This document shows, piece after piece, positions 47,888 to 59,969 of a stretch of DNA of 64,000 bases. Each line of letters opens with the position of its first letter. Position 1 is the stretch's first letter. The DNA comes from Felis catus (taxonomy: Eukaryota). The position numbers were made by a program, and so were the translations under genes. The stretch is taken from contig NC_058368.1 in NCBI RefSeq assembly GCF_018350175.1, forward strand, positions 211,050,001 to 211,114,000. The letters are read 5' to 3'. The notes under the pieces are model-generated. The model had not been told where the DNA came from and did not search any database. It was given only the letters and a program-made list of their open reading frames with translations.

Positions 47888-50800
47888 GAGAATGGAATAT
47901 AGCCCTGGAAGAAGAAAGATGAAGAACCAAAGGCAAACCGTTCCCATCCAGGAAGGAGGAGAAAGAAGAGAGGCGTGGCAAAAAGCAACACAATGAAGTC
48001 AGGGACAGAAAGGGTCTGGGGGGAGGGCACGGGGCGAGAACCAAGGAACGACAGCTTCTACTGGAGAAAGGGAGGGATGCAGAAGGGTGAAGGCAGGCCA
48101 GGGACCAGCAGATAAGGAGAAGCGTGGTGGGAGCCTGGATGCAAATGGGGATTAGGCAGCCGTTTTTTACCCTGCCTGTGCATCTCTGGAAAAACAGAGA
48201 AATCAGGACCTAAACCTCTTGAAGTAGAAGCTCCTCAAGTGACACCAGACACAGTAGCTTTGAAACACTCATACGATTGCGGTGTGCAGCCAAGGTTGGG
48301 AACCACGACTGAAGGCATAGAAAGCATGAGTCAGGGAAGCTGAGGAGTGTAGTTCGTTCTTTCATAACGTCGGACAGATGCAGAAAGGAGTGACTTATAA
48401 ATAAAAGTTATTAGAACTTGGTAAAGTACCAAAAGGGTTGCCAGCGTCAAGGGAGACCTGAGGATATTATGGGCTAGGATGAAGAAGCCTATGGAGCAGA
48501 AAAGATTAAATATTTGAGGAAGGTAGAAAAAAGGGGAAATGGAAAAAAAAAAGAGTTTAATGATTCTAGACTTTGTTATTTGTCAGGCATTTTACATATG
48601 CTATCACCATTATTATTCCTTTTACTGGTGATTAATAACCACCATTATTATTATTTTTGAGGCATATATTACTGCATCCTATTTACGGGGAGGCAACCAA
48701 AGCTTAGGAAAGCCAAATCAATAGCAAGGACTCAAACCCACGCCAAAGGTATTCAGCAACGGAGCAAGGTCTTGGAGGCAGTGGGCAGGGATTGGCTCCA
48801 GGACTCAGCCGGAAGAGTGGCTTGAGTGTCTCCACTGAGACAGAGACGAGCTGGAAGGGAGCAGGCCAAAAGGGACCAGAGCACGTTAGCGTGGAGAGGA
48901 GGACGCAGTGGTGGTAAAACAATTGTGGTGCAGAAAGTAAAGAGATTGTGGCTCGCAGCTAACTTCCTTCAACATCTGAGTAAAGCTGAGGCGAGGCAAT
49001 TCACTGACGGTGAATGCCAGTGGTTAGGGACATTGTGTGTTGCACAACCGAGCAGAAAGCCAGTCTTGCCCTTCTCTCCCAGTGGGCTGTGCATTAGTCA
49101 CTCAACAACCAATCTGTCACCTGCTGGAAGCCGTGAGCACGGGTGAGCTGAGCTGCCTGTCCCTGACTGGAAACCACAAGGAGGAAAAGCAAGGTCCCTT
49201 ACCTTCTGAGAACTTACAGTTTGGAGTTACCCAGATCGCTATTCTTTCACCAGCTATTAAAATGGTCTGACTAGAACAGCTCTAAGAAAACTAAGTGATC
49301 CTTTGCCTTGCAAAGGTTCTATAGAAATATTTTGTCATGGAAGATCCTATGTCACCCAGTGGTTTTAGAAATAAATAGGAGTTGCCTACTTTTATGGCCA
49401 CCATGAGCGAACGTAAATGTACCTGGACGATCACAGAAAGCATGTGAAGGCTGTGCCTGAAAGGTGCATCTCCCCCTAGACTCCCACCAAAGACCAGATG
49501 GAGTCTGTGGCCATGTTATTGGAACAGGAAGCACCAGGTGATTGTACCTATGCAGGTGCACCTGGACTTCCAGTCCAAAGGAATCAGCAAAGCATCCTGG
49601 GGTCTTCAACATCTTCCTGAGACCTGGCAAGTGGCTGCTGAAGAATATCATTTGCCAGTTATTCCAGAGTGGCAGTAAAAGTGGCACCGAAGGGGGAAAG
49701 CCCAGTGTTCCAATTAACTTTTATTTTTGAAACTCAATAGCCTTTGTTTAAAATATCTCTCTGGTACCCGTCTAGGTTATGAAACAGTCAGCTGCAGGAT
49801 TAATCAATGGCACCAAACAGACATTAGCAACTCACTAATTGAGACATAACTATTTGATTCAGGCAGTTACTATTTATTTTGGCACTTTTTTGCAAGAGAA
49901 ATGGTGGCCGTCGTGCATGGTTTTGTTATTAGCAAAGAAAAAGACCCTGTTAGAAAAAAATAAATCCTACATTTGTGGAAAACAACGAAAGAGTGGCCCC
50001 ACCACCTTTTCTGCGTTATACTCAGGTGGCGGAAAATAAACACAGCACCCTGGAAGTTTCGGCTTCGGGGTATCAAAAAAGAAAGCAAAACCCTGCCTTA
50101 AGATCACTGTTTATTTTCTTTTGTCCCTTTCACTCTGACCCCTCCTTCTTCTCACGGAAGGGGAGATTCAGCTCCCTGGAGCCCCCCCTCGAATATTGTC
50201 AAGCTGCTGTTCCTCAGAAATAAAGAATTTTGACACGGAGACACTCCACATCTTGGCTGCCAGGAGAAATACCATCTTCGAGGTCATTCCATGTATTGAG
50301 ACATTTGTTATTATTGTTTTGTCAGTGTATTTTCTGGTGCAGTCCCAGCGGAAGATGTGGGGCCCATATCACGCAAGACTAACGTGGGATCATCTGTTAA
50401 TTCTTCTCCGCGTCTTTGCTGTATTCCGGAGCCCCAACCCACCTCCCTCACCTTGTAAAACTGGCAGGCTCCGGACATTTTGCATGCTGAAGAAAATCAC
50501 TGTTTTGCCTCCAGCAAGGAACAAGAATGTTGCAACACTGACTCCTCCTCTCATGAAGAAAGAGTGAACAAGTGCACCGAGTTGAGCTTCTCACACAGCC
50601 ACCGGGCTGGGGACGGAGGCGCCCAGGTTGGGCTCCTGAGACTCCAGTCTTCTGGACTTCCCCCCACCCCCGCTCCCGCCTCCGCCCCCTTCCCGTCTCA
50701 CTCCCTCCTCACCCTCTGTCTGGATTCTACCAGCTGTTCGTGAAACAGCTTTGCACCCATTGGATCTCCACGTCCTTTTGCAGGAAGTGCTCACGGACTG

Positions 50801-51079
50801 TTACGGCAGACTTTGCTCCCAGGCAAAAGTGAGTAGACTGCGGCAGACGCGGGGGCTGCGGGTTCGAGGCCGGCGAGTTGGAAGGGTAGCGCGCGCGCGG
50901 CGCTCGGACTGCGGGTTCGAGCCCCGCGTGCGGCACGGACTGCTGCCCGGAAAGCGCCAGAACCCAGCCGGAGGCGGCAGAGTTGCTGCCCAGCAGCGGC
51001 CGCAGGTGCGAAAGCCGGGGCTCTGAGCGTAGTCAGCATTGCCGGCCCCCTCGGAGAAGAACTAAAAGTGCCCCCTCAC

Positions 51080-51195
51080 CTTACAACCGCACACATTCGG
51101 CTTCTTTGTAAGGCATCTTCGGATGCGCCCTGGAGAGTGAGTTTCGGCGTGAGCGTGACTCCGGGATTCTCACAATGTAAATTATTTACGTCAAA
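51080..51195 (-). other. Putative antisense exon (116 bp)
   Basis: Minus strand acceptor TTTTTTCTTTTCAG| and donor TAAG|GTGAGG. Confidence 0.4.
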
Positions 51196-51299
51196 CTGAA
51201 AAGAAAAAATAGCGGGAAGGGGCTCGGGCAGGAGAGGTGATGCCCGCGGGCTGGCGGGGCCCCGGGGCGGCGGCGCAGCCTCCCGGGCAGCGGGCGGGG

Positions 51300-51429
51300 A
51301 AAGTTCGGCGCGGCGCGCGCCGGACCGAGAGGCGGGGCTCGCCGGCGAAGGCAGTGGGCGCCGAGACAGGTGGGAGGCCTTCCAGCCTGGGAGGCGGCCG
51401 CGAGCCGGGCCCGCGGGCGGGCGCGCCCA
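51300..51429 (+). other. Putative non-coding first exon (start position uncertain)
   Basis: Donor CAG|GTAACT at 51429/51430 inside the CpG island; no ATG in the GC-rich stretch upstream. Confidence 0.5.
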
Positions 51430-51799
51430 GGTAACTGGGGATCCGGGCGCGGTGCTGGGGAGCCGGCCAGCGGGGCGGGAGTGCCGGCTCTTGGAGCAGG
51501 AAAACATCCTCGTAGTGACCTCTACCTGCATCCTGGGGAAGCCGCCCACGGTGCCCTAATGACTAGCCATTTAGGGTTTTATATGATTGGGCTTGAAAAC
51601 GGTTGCAAATAGTATTCTTAATCTGGAGCGATTCGTTTGTTTTCATTCATCAAGTTCACTGGCAAAGATTGCCCCCGGTGTCATGCTCCGTGGTCAGTGG
51701 AGTGCGCCTCTGGCTGTGCAAACTTGGGCAAGGCACTAGTCCTCTCTGGGCCTCTGTTTTCTTTGCAACATTTAGGGAAATTAATCATTCCATATACAT

Positions 51800-51985
51800 A
51801 TTCCATTAAACGTTATATGTGTGTATACATGACATATTTTATATATAATCATATAGAATATGCTAATATTCTATATCACATAGAATATAGAATATTAGCA
51901 TATTCTACATGGTATATATTATATATTTTAATATATTGTAACATATACAATTATATATCCTATAATATTTTATATATATAAATGG
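51800..51985. repeat. AT-rich low-complexity (TA) tract
   Basis: Seen directly. Confidence 0.85.
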
Positions 51986-52035
51986 GGTAAATGTATTGAA
52001 TAGTGTAAGGAAGAAGCAGATGAAATTTTTAATTT

Positions 52036-52200
52036 TAGTGATTCTTAAAAATTGGGAATCATGGGTCCTTTGGAGAATTATCTATGAGTTCTCCCCCAAG
52101 GGAAAAAATGTTCTTATGTACTGTACGTAAAGTTTTGCAAGCAATCCCTCAAGGTTTGTAACTCTCCTTGAAGACCCTGCCTGAACCCCAGGCAAACATT
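52036..52200. mobile_element. MER117-like hAT-Charlie MITE
   Basis: GGTCCTTTGGAGAAT...TCTCCCCCAAGGGAAAAAATG...TTTTGCA...GAACCCCAGG resembles MER117. Confidence 0.55.
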
Positions 52201-52739
52201 CCTTTCCTTCCTTTTGAGGACATTTTGTATCAAGACCACCCAGCTAAACCCCTGCTGGCAGCTGGGCTGGCTACGGAAGTAACAGCCTTCCTCTGGAGTC
52301 TGGAGTCAGCCTTGCTGCTGAAGGAGAAAGCGCTTCTGTCATAAGTAAGCTCCTGGGACACTGTGTCCCAAAGGCTTCACCAACCTCTGCTTCCTGGGGA
52401 GCCCTCCTCACAAACTCTTTCAATGACTTTCCTAAGGTGATGGTCCTCAGCCCTAGAGATTTCAGTCCTACAAACAGCACTTGAGAGCCACCTGTAAAAG
52501 GTCACCGTCTGTCTCAAAGATAGCTCTTCAGGTCACTAGCTGGATGCCAGAAAGTGGAGCCAAAGCTTTGTTTTGAAGGAAACAAAGTGCTGTTTTCTCT
52601 CCAGTGCGTGGTAGGAGTAGTGACAGTGTTCTTTTGGACCTGTGGACCTTCTTTTAAAGTACTGAGGACTCCTGTCTTGTGGGACCTGGGTCTTCCATTG
52701 GCAATGCCAGCAAGGTACAGCAGAGGACACGTGGAGCTT

Positions 52740-52910
52740 TGGAACCCCACAGACTGGGCTTCACATCTGGGCTCCCACACTCCGACAAGTTACTGAACTA
52801 CTCTAAGCCTCACTTTTCCTGTTTGTGAAATGGGGAGCAATACTGCCTTTCTTGCACGGTTGTTAGGAAAATGGAACCTCAAAAATGGAAATGCCTGGTT
52901 CATAGTCAGT
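52740..52910 (+). mobile_element. MIR
   Basis: AAGTTACTGAACTACTCTAAGCCTCACTTTTCCTGTTTGTGAAATGGGG...GGTTGTTAGG. Confidence 0.8.
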
Positions 52911-54209
52911 AACAAGCTGCTGTTAGGAATATTAATGTGAGGTTATAAGTAAGTGTTAAATAGTTCCATGCTTTTTTAGGACAGCTTACTTTCTCTCCTA
53001 CGGGGCTTATGTCAGCAAAAGAATGAGTAACGTCACTTCTGGTCTAATTATTCTCAGGGATGAGTGGTGAGTCTAGAATACAGAGTTGGCTTTCCTGCTT
53101 CATCTTCGTCAAGCAGAGCGCTCTGTGTTGCCCGCAAATAACATGTGTCCAGACTGGCACGGATTCTCGACCCTTCCTCTCAGTTCTCTTTTGGCCCATA
53201 ATCTTGAACGTGAAATGTCTAGCTCTCTGCTCTTAGTGACAAACACCTCAGCGTGGAGACTCGAGCGGCTTCATGGTTGCAACCATCTCCAGATAACGCG
53301 AGAAACTGTCTCTGTAAAGAGAAATGTCTCCACTGTCATCGTTCACAGTGTGGCTCAGGTAGCCAACTCAGCTTACTCTCTCTGGTGTCTCTCCGTATCT
53401 CTCTTTTCCTCTCTCTCTTAGTTACAGTTACCCCTCAGTTATAAGAAGCTGGATGACGTAGAAATGTGGGAAAGAAATGCCAGAATTTTAAAGGGCAGTT
53501 GGATCCCCTCCAAGTAGCCCTTCCAAAGATCCGTCAGTATATTGTGGCAAGGCAGTCTTGCATGCAAAGGTGACAGTATTGATATCTGCTGTCCCTTGAG
53601 CCATTAAGATGAACGAAGCGCTTTTCTACATCACCTCAGTTAATTCTCACAGCAACACGGCAAGGTATGCGTTATCATCTAAATCTTTACAAATACATCG
53701 AGGTTTATAAAAATTTACATTACTTGCCCGATCTGCAGAGCTGGTAAAAGGCAGAGCTGGGATCCAAGCCTGGGATCCCTGGACTTGGATCCCAGTTCTG
53801 CCTGACTTTGGCACTCACTCTTTTCATACTAGGTTAGTGCTGCCACGCTTCCTGGCACCAGAAAGTTGCATCATGCCAACTGGGTCCCAACCCAGTTCTT
53901 GAGAACATTTAGGGCAGGAATAACCAAATCTTCTAGGTGATTGAAGTGGTGTGAACATATACTTTGCATGAGATACATATTAACAGGCAGCAACAATGAA
54001 ATCGCCTGTGAAGAATAATTTTCCCAGCCCTTTCCAGATCCAGCTGTGACACTCCAGTTAGGCAATACTAAACCTCAGCAGGCGAGGCTGGCTCTGGGCC
54101 ACCAACTTCCTGAGGGACTCTTTTAGCTTAAAAAGAGCCCTGGAATCTCCATTCTCTGCTACTTTAAAAAGGAACCTGGTCACCCTTTACGGTAACCTCC
54201 CTGTATTAA

Positions 54210-54560
54210 GCATTTATTCATTGAACAAATAACTTGCTGAGCTCTGAAAAAGACAGACAAGGTCCTGGCACTTGTGGAGCTTCTGTGCTAGAGAGAGTGA
54301 CAGATAAGAGGCAGGTGAGAAAATACATAAATAAGATAATTTCAGATATTAAGAAATGCTATGAAGAAGGTAAGGAGAGGCGGGGGCTAACAGGGCTTAG
54401 AGGCAACTTGAAATAGGGCAGCCAAGGAGATTTCCACAAAAAGGTCATTCTTGAACTTGAACTTGTATAATAAGAGGGAGCCAGTCTGATGAAAGTCTGG
54501 GGAAAGGACTGCCTTAGCAGAAGAACCTCCAGGGAAAGATCTGGAAGTGGAATAAATGAA
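54210..54560 (-). mobile_element. L2 fragment
   Basis: TTCATTGAACAAATA tail; ATAATTTCAGATATTAAGAAATGCTATGAAGAA. Confidence 0.7.
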
Positions 54561-54568
54561 GCAGTAGA

Positions 54569-54718
54569 GGGGTGCCTGGGTGGTTGGGTCGATTAAGTGT
54601 CTGACTCTTGGGTTTGGCTCAGGTCATTATCTCTCGGTTTGTGGGAGCCCCGTGTTCAGCTCCGTGCTGACAGTGCAGAGCCTGCTTGAGTGTCTCTCTC
54701 TGTCCCTCCCTTGCTCGT

Positions 54719-54761
<43 letters not shown>

Positions 54762-54784
54762 ATAAATAAACATTAAAAAAATTA
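54569..54784 (+). mobile_element. Can-SINE
   Basis: TSD AAGCAGTAGA. Confidence 0.92.
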
Positions 54785-55199
54785 AGCAGTAGAGCCTCAA
54801 ATATGAGATGTCCCCTTAGAAATCAATATGGATTTTATATAGGGGAAATTACTGATTGACTGCTTATTACATTCTTCTAGGCTGTGCTGTGGACTTAATG
54901 CGTATGTTATTTAACCTTCCCAACAGTCTGGCAAGTTAGTTATTGTTGCCTTGCTTTGATAGTGGAAGAAACCAAGATCCATAGAAGGCAGGCAGCTGGC
55001 GCAAAGTTACAAAGGTGATATTTTAAATCCCACGGTCTGTTTTGCTAGCACAGCATGTGGCTTTTGAGATCATCTCTTCCAGAAGATAGCAAGGAGCTAA
55101 CAGAAGGAAAGTATCAAAAGTATATTGGGCGGCTAAACGAGGATAGTGATTTCTGTCTGATGCCCTAAATTCCAGTTGGTGTGTCTAAACTTGCACACC

Positions 55200-55670
55200 A
55201 GTGCAATCGTGTAATAACAGCAGCACTAGCCACATGTGACGATGAGGTACTGAAAATGTGATTAGTCCAAACTGAGATGGCTGTAAGTGTAAAACACACC
55301 CTAGATTTCTTTAAGTTTATTTTTATTTCTTTCGCGAGAGAGAGAGAAAGTGAGCAGGGGAGGGGCAGAGAGAGAGGGAGACAGAAGCCCAAGCAGGCTC
55401 TGTGCTATCAGTGCAGAGCCTGATGCAGGGCTTGAATTCACAAACCATGAGATCATGACCTGAACTGAAATCGAGAGTCAGGGTTTAACTGACTGAGCCA
55501 TCTGGGAGCCCCTACACCCTAGATTTCAAAGACCTAATACAAAAAAAAAAACCTTATTGATTTTTATATTGATTATATGTTAGAATGGTAAGATTTTGGA
55601 TGCATTGGTTTAGATGAACTATATTACTAAAATTAATTTCATCTGTTTCCTTTCAATTTTTTTTTTATAT
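55200..55670. mobile_element. MER33-like hAT-Charlie element interrupted by a SINE
   Basis: CACTAGCCACATGTG...TGAAAATGTGATTAGTCCAAACTGAGATG...GTAAGTGTAAAACACACC...ATTACTAAAATTAATTTCATCTGTTTC. Confidence 0.8.
55310..55512 (-). mobile_element. Can-SINE
   Basis: TSD ACACCCTAGATTTC. Confidence 0.93.
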
Positions 55671-56897
55671 TTTCATTTAATAGTACTGGTATAGACTAAT
55701 AAGTTGACAAATACACGATAGGAAACTTTTCTCCCTTCTTCCTAACGTAATTTTTTCTCTAGTCTTGACCCAGACTTCTTCTGTCTTTCCCATCAGGTAA
55801 ATCTCAAGAAGCTGTCAAATATCCTATGACCAAAGGGTCGTTTTGAATATAGCTTTAGATTTACCTTAAAATCACTTCCAAAGACAATGTCTTTGTCATT
55901 CTGGAACCTGGTAAAATCAGATTAGGAGACAGCCAGCCTTCATGTTTGTGTGCAAAGTCCATCAAATAAGTCATGTCACGGGGGTAATGAGTATCTCTCC
56001 CTCTCTGTCCTTTTGCTTTAAAACAGCCTGAACAATACACAGTCCCAGTTTCCAGAAGGACTTCCCCCAAAATATCACAGGCCATTTTGGTTTCTTTTGT
56101 GCATTAGCTAAAATGACCCTTGAATATCATGTCAGCAAAGTAGAGATATGATTTGCTCCTGCCATTCCATGTATTCCAGAGGGAAAGCAGTCAGATTGTG
56201 AAGTGGTTAGAGGAAGCCTCTGGCCTGGGATGTCAGAGGCCTGGATCCTATTTCTGTCTACTGGTTTGTGCGTTGCCCTCACCCTGCTTCCCCCAGCAAT
56301 CCTGGAGGAAGTCCAGAGTTCATGAGATGATGTCACATAAAGTGCTCACGAAGAAACAAATGGACTGTGGTTATCACTGAGGACCTGAGGACTGTAGACA
56401 TTCATCTGTGGGGAAGAATTTGCTTTCCGTAGATTGAGCAAAGCACTATATGGAATGTTCTTTCAGGTATACGGTTAACATCTGTTCATTTTCACTTAAA
56501 ACCTAAATCTGAGGGGGAAACGACAGAAGCTGAGCATACTCGGATTTTAGTGTATCTACATCAACAGTGACACATATGTTTCAGCATCTTCTAAGCCAAG
56601 AAGCCTGTATCAGACTCCATAGGGAAAATAACAGAACAAAACAGGTCTTTGCTCTGGGGGAACACGTTAACTTGTTGAGAAGATGGGCATAAACAGGAGA
56701 CACCAGGATCAATGTCCAGCAACATTCTCCAAGTGTTATAGGAATGAAACAGAGTTTGGAGATTCCAGAGGGCAGTGTGCCCGAGAAAGACGAGGTAAGA
56801 GATGGGCATTGAAGGACATAAAACTAGGCTAAAGACAGATGGAATGGGGACTGGGTATCAGTATAACTTTTTTTTTAACTCCTCAGAATATTCTGGG

Positions 56898-56953
56898 TTT
56901 TTTTAAGTTTATTTATTTTGAGAGAGAGAAAAAGTGTGTGTGAGCAGGCAAAG

Positions 56954-57004
<51 letters not shown>

Positions 57005-57129
57005 CCCAAGCAGGCTCCACACTATGAGCACAGAGCCAGACTTGGGGCTCAAACTCATAAGCTGTGAGATCATGACTGAGCGGAAATCAAGAGTCAGATG
57101 CTTAACCCACTGAGCGACTCCGGTGCCCC
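56898..57129 (-). mobile_element. Can-SINE with (GA)n expansion
   Basis: Reverse SINE; TSD-like AATATTCT. Confidence 0.92.
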
Positions 57130-57239
57130 TCCCCGTAATATTCTAAAGTGAATATTCTGACGTAGAGTTGAAAACCACTGAGCAAAAGACACAAGGTTTT
57201 TATATCATGATCATGGGAAATAAAATTTAAAGGGTAATA

Positions 57240-57465
57240 TTTTTTTTTAAATTTTTTTTCAACGTTTTTTATTTATTTTTGGGACAGAGAGAGACAGAGC
57301 ATGAACGGGGGAGGGGCAGAGAGAGAGGGAGACACAGAATCGGAAACAGGCTCCAGGCTCTGAGCCATCCGCCCAGAGCCTGACGCGGGGCTCGAACTCA
57401 CGGACCGCGAGATCGTGACCTGGCTGAAGTCGGACGCTTAACCAACTGCGCCACCCAGGCGCCCC
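57240..57465 (-). mobile_element. Young SINEC_Fc
   Basis: Near-consensus; TSD TAAAGGGTAATATTTT. Confidence 0.97.
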
Positions 57466-58589
57466 TAAAGGGTAATATTTTAAAGGAGATTAAATGGACA
57501 ATCAGCATGTGTGGTCTTTCCGGAAATTTTATATACGCGTATATCTATCTCTGTGTGGTCTTTGGAATTCACAGATAATTGGTGTTCACAGTGATCCTAC
57601 CCACTTGGGGTGGCTAAAAGCTGTCACCAGCTGCCCATTCCCTTACTCTGTGTGTTTTTGCAGTGCCCCGTAGTTAATCCTGGCTAAGCGTCGGGCAGCT
57701 GGTATCCACAGTTTATTGTACCCACCAGACTTTGCATAAACGTTGCAGAGGGCTTTAGTATCATGCCCATTAGTGCCCCATAGTAGTTATTTTACAATAA
57801 CCGGTAATCGTCCCTCACCTCTCCAACTTTACAGATTGGGAAATAGAATTTAATTCCTTGCCTTGGGCCTTGAGGCTAACTGGCAACAGTGGTGAGATTA
57901 GAATTCTCAGCCACTGAATTCCCCAGATCTGCTTCGGCTCCCAGAGTGAGTCTGTGCAGTCTCCAGCTGGTGTTAGAATACTCTGTCCTGGCAATGTTAT
58001 TTCTTCAATGAATGAATCAGTGTTACAGTTCAGTAGGTGAAAGATGACAAGCCGGCCCGAGCTGCAGTGCTGTGACGAGCGGCAGCAGGGCATAGGTGGC
58101 CACAGCGGTCACTCGAGGTCGGCCACTACCGTCTTGGAGTTTCTATTCCCCTGCAGGTGTTGCCATGCGTATTACAGCTCCTCCGTTCCCACCTCTGGGA
58201 AGGGAAGACTCCTTAAGCCTCAGGGCTCTTGGGCTATTCCAACTCCTCTCCTCTGAAACTCCTATTTTCTGACAGGATATTGATTTTTATTTTGTTACAC
58301 ACCTGAAAAAAAGAGAAGAAAACCCAGCAATTTTTACAGCTCCGTTTTTAAAGAAGTCTTTGTATGTTTTGGGAACTTTGGGTTTACTGCCAGTAGTGAG
58401 GCCGCGAGGTCTTTATGAAAGGTAATGGGGAGAAGCTGGAGCCTTGACATTAGAGCCTCTTCAGAACAAGAAGATGGGTTAGTTTTGCCGCATCCCCAAA
58501 TGATTGTTTTCTTTTTCTCTGTCTCCAAATCCATTACTGACTGGAATACAATTTCCAATGTCTTCAGGTACAGCAAAAATCAAGCCTCT

Positions 58590-58760
58590 GAAACAGGCAT
58601 CCTCACCACCGATTGCTCATGGTAGTCATCTTGGGAGCTTTGAAAAATGCAGATGCCCAGGTCCCAGCCACAGAACCGTTGAATCAAGGCTCTGGGGATG
58701 GAACTGGGCGTCAGTATTTATTTACAGTTGTCCAGGTGATTATAATGTGCATCAGTAAGA
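58590..58760. mobile_element. MER5B/MER5A1-like MITE remnant
   Basis: GGGAGCTTTGAAAAATGCAGATGCCCAGGTCCC...TGAATCAAG...CCAGGTGATTATAATGTGCA. Confidence 0.7.
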
Positions 58761-58952
58761 GCAGATCTTACTGCTCAGCTAAGATCCAAATCTTAATTAC
58801 TTATTTATATTTCTTTTTTTTGTCTTGTTTTAGGTCACATGACCCCAGAGAACCATCCAAACCATATTTGTGTTGTCATTCTACTCTTTGGGAAACATGG
58901 CTTCTAGAATAATATATAATAATAACGATAGTAATAACAATAGTAATAATCA

Positions 58953-59182
58953 GGGCACCTGGGCGGCTCAGTTGGTTAAGTGACCGACTTCAGCTCAGAT
59001 CACGATTTCATGGTTCGTGGGCTTGAGCCCCGCGTCAGGGCTCTGTGCTGACAGCTCAGGGCCTGGCTCCTGCTTCAGATTCTGTGTCTCCCTCTTTCTC
59101 TCTGCCTCTCCCCCACTCATGCTCTGTCTCTCTCTCTGTCTCTCAAAAATAAATAATCAGTAAAAAAATGAGAAAAAAAAAA
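58953..59182 (+). mobile_element. Can-SINE
   Basis: Typical head, CT tract and tail. Confidence 0.93.
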
Positions 59183-59969
59183 AGTTTTCTACTTATCTAA
59201 ACTAACTCCAAACTCAGAATGGCCCTGCATAGCCTCATGACTAAGATTTCTGTAAGTGCAATTTGGAATCAGATTGCCAAAAGCTTGATAATTATGAGAT
59301 TGGAAGATAAAGGTTAAGGTTTTCTGCTGCCCATGTATTAAATTTCCCAATTGCTATGTTGATCTTTAGCAACACTTGCTTTCCTCTCTTAGCCATTTTA
59401 AAGCCAATTAACCCCATTCCTGTTCACACCCTTATTAAAAATATAATTACAGCAGTATTCTCCAGGGACTGTCATTGCATACATAGACTTTACAACGTGA
59501 ATTGGCCAAGAACTAACTAGGTTGTGTAAAACCCTCTCAGCCCCGAGAGATCGTTTGGGATGCAGAGGCTACCAGCCCCAGAGTAGGCTAGGTGAGTCAT
59601 AAATTTTAGTTTGCAAAGAGACAATTACAAGTCACCCAAATGTAGAAGAAAAAACACAGGATACACAAAATAGTTGTAGAATCAATCTTAGAATATTTTC
59701 TCCAGGATCGAGTTAAGTCTGTGGCTCCAGCCATTCCCGGAAGGTTGTATTAATGCCAAAAAGCAACCAGTGTTTTGTACTAGATTTGGAGGGCAGGGGG
59801 GAAAGGAAATGATGCATCATTGTACTTATCTGGAGTGTTAAGGTTGCAGCATCAGAGGAGAAGAAATTGTGACGGAGGTTGCAGAGAGAAGGGTCGGCAA
59901 AGACCCACTGGTAGCCAAGCATCATGGACACGGGTAATTTTTTATTCGCTCAACTTTTATGGAGGGCCC

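Larger units (their letters stand above)
50600..51550. promoter_or_regulatory. CpG island, probable bidirectional promoter
   Basis: Very GC- and CpG-rich, unlike the rest of the window; GC boxes (CCCGCCTCCGCCCC ~50675, GAGGCGGGGC ~51329), ETS-like CAGGAAGTG 50781, CRE-like TTACGTCA 51186. Confidence 0.85.

Noticed and set aside
47714..48044. Poly-E/K/R/S ORFs
   Set aside because: Translations of the (TCT)n repeat in several frames; no coding evidence
51076..51549. 157-aa Pro/Ala/Arg-rich ORF
   Set aside because: Typical stop-poor CpG-island frame with a non-ATG start
55865..55907. Minus-strand mini-exon candidate (TTTTACCAG|...TTTAAG|GTAAAT)
   Set aside because: Weak pyrimidine tract and no supporting neighbouring exons
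58810..58843. Plus-strand acceptor at 58833 overlapping M-box GTCACATGAC
   Set aside because: No downstream donor or ORF; a single motif is insufficient
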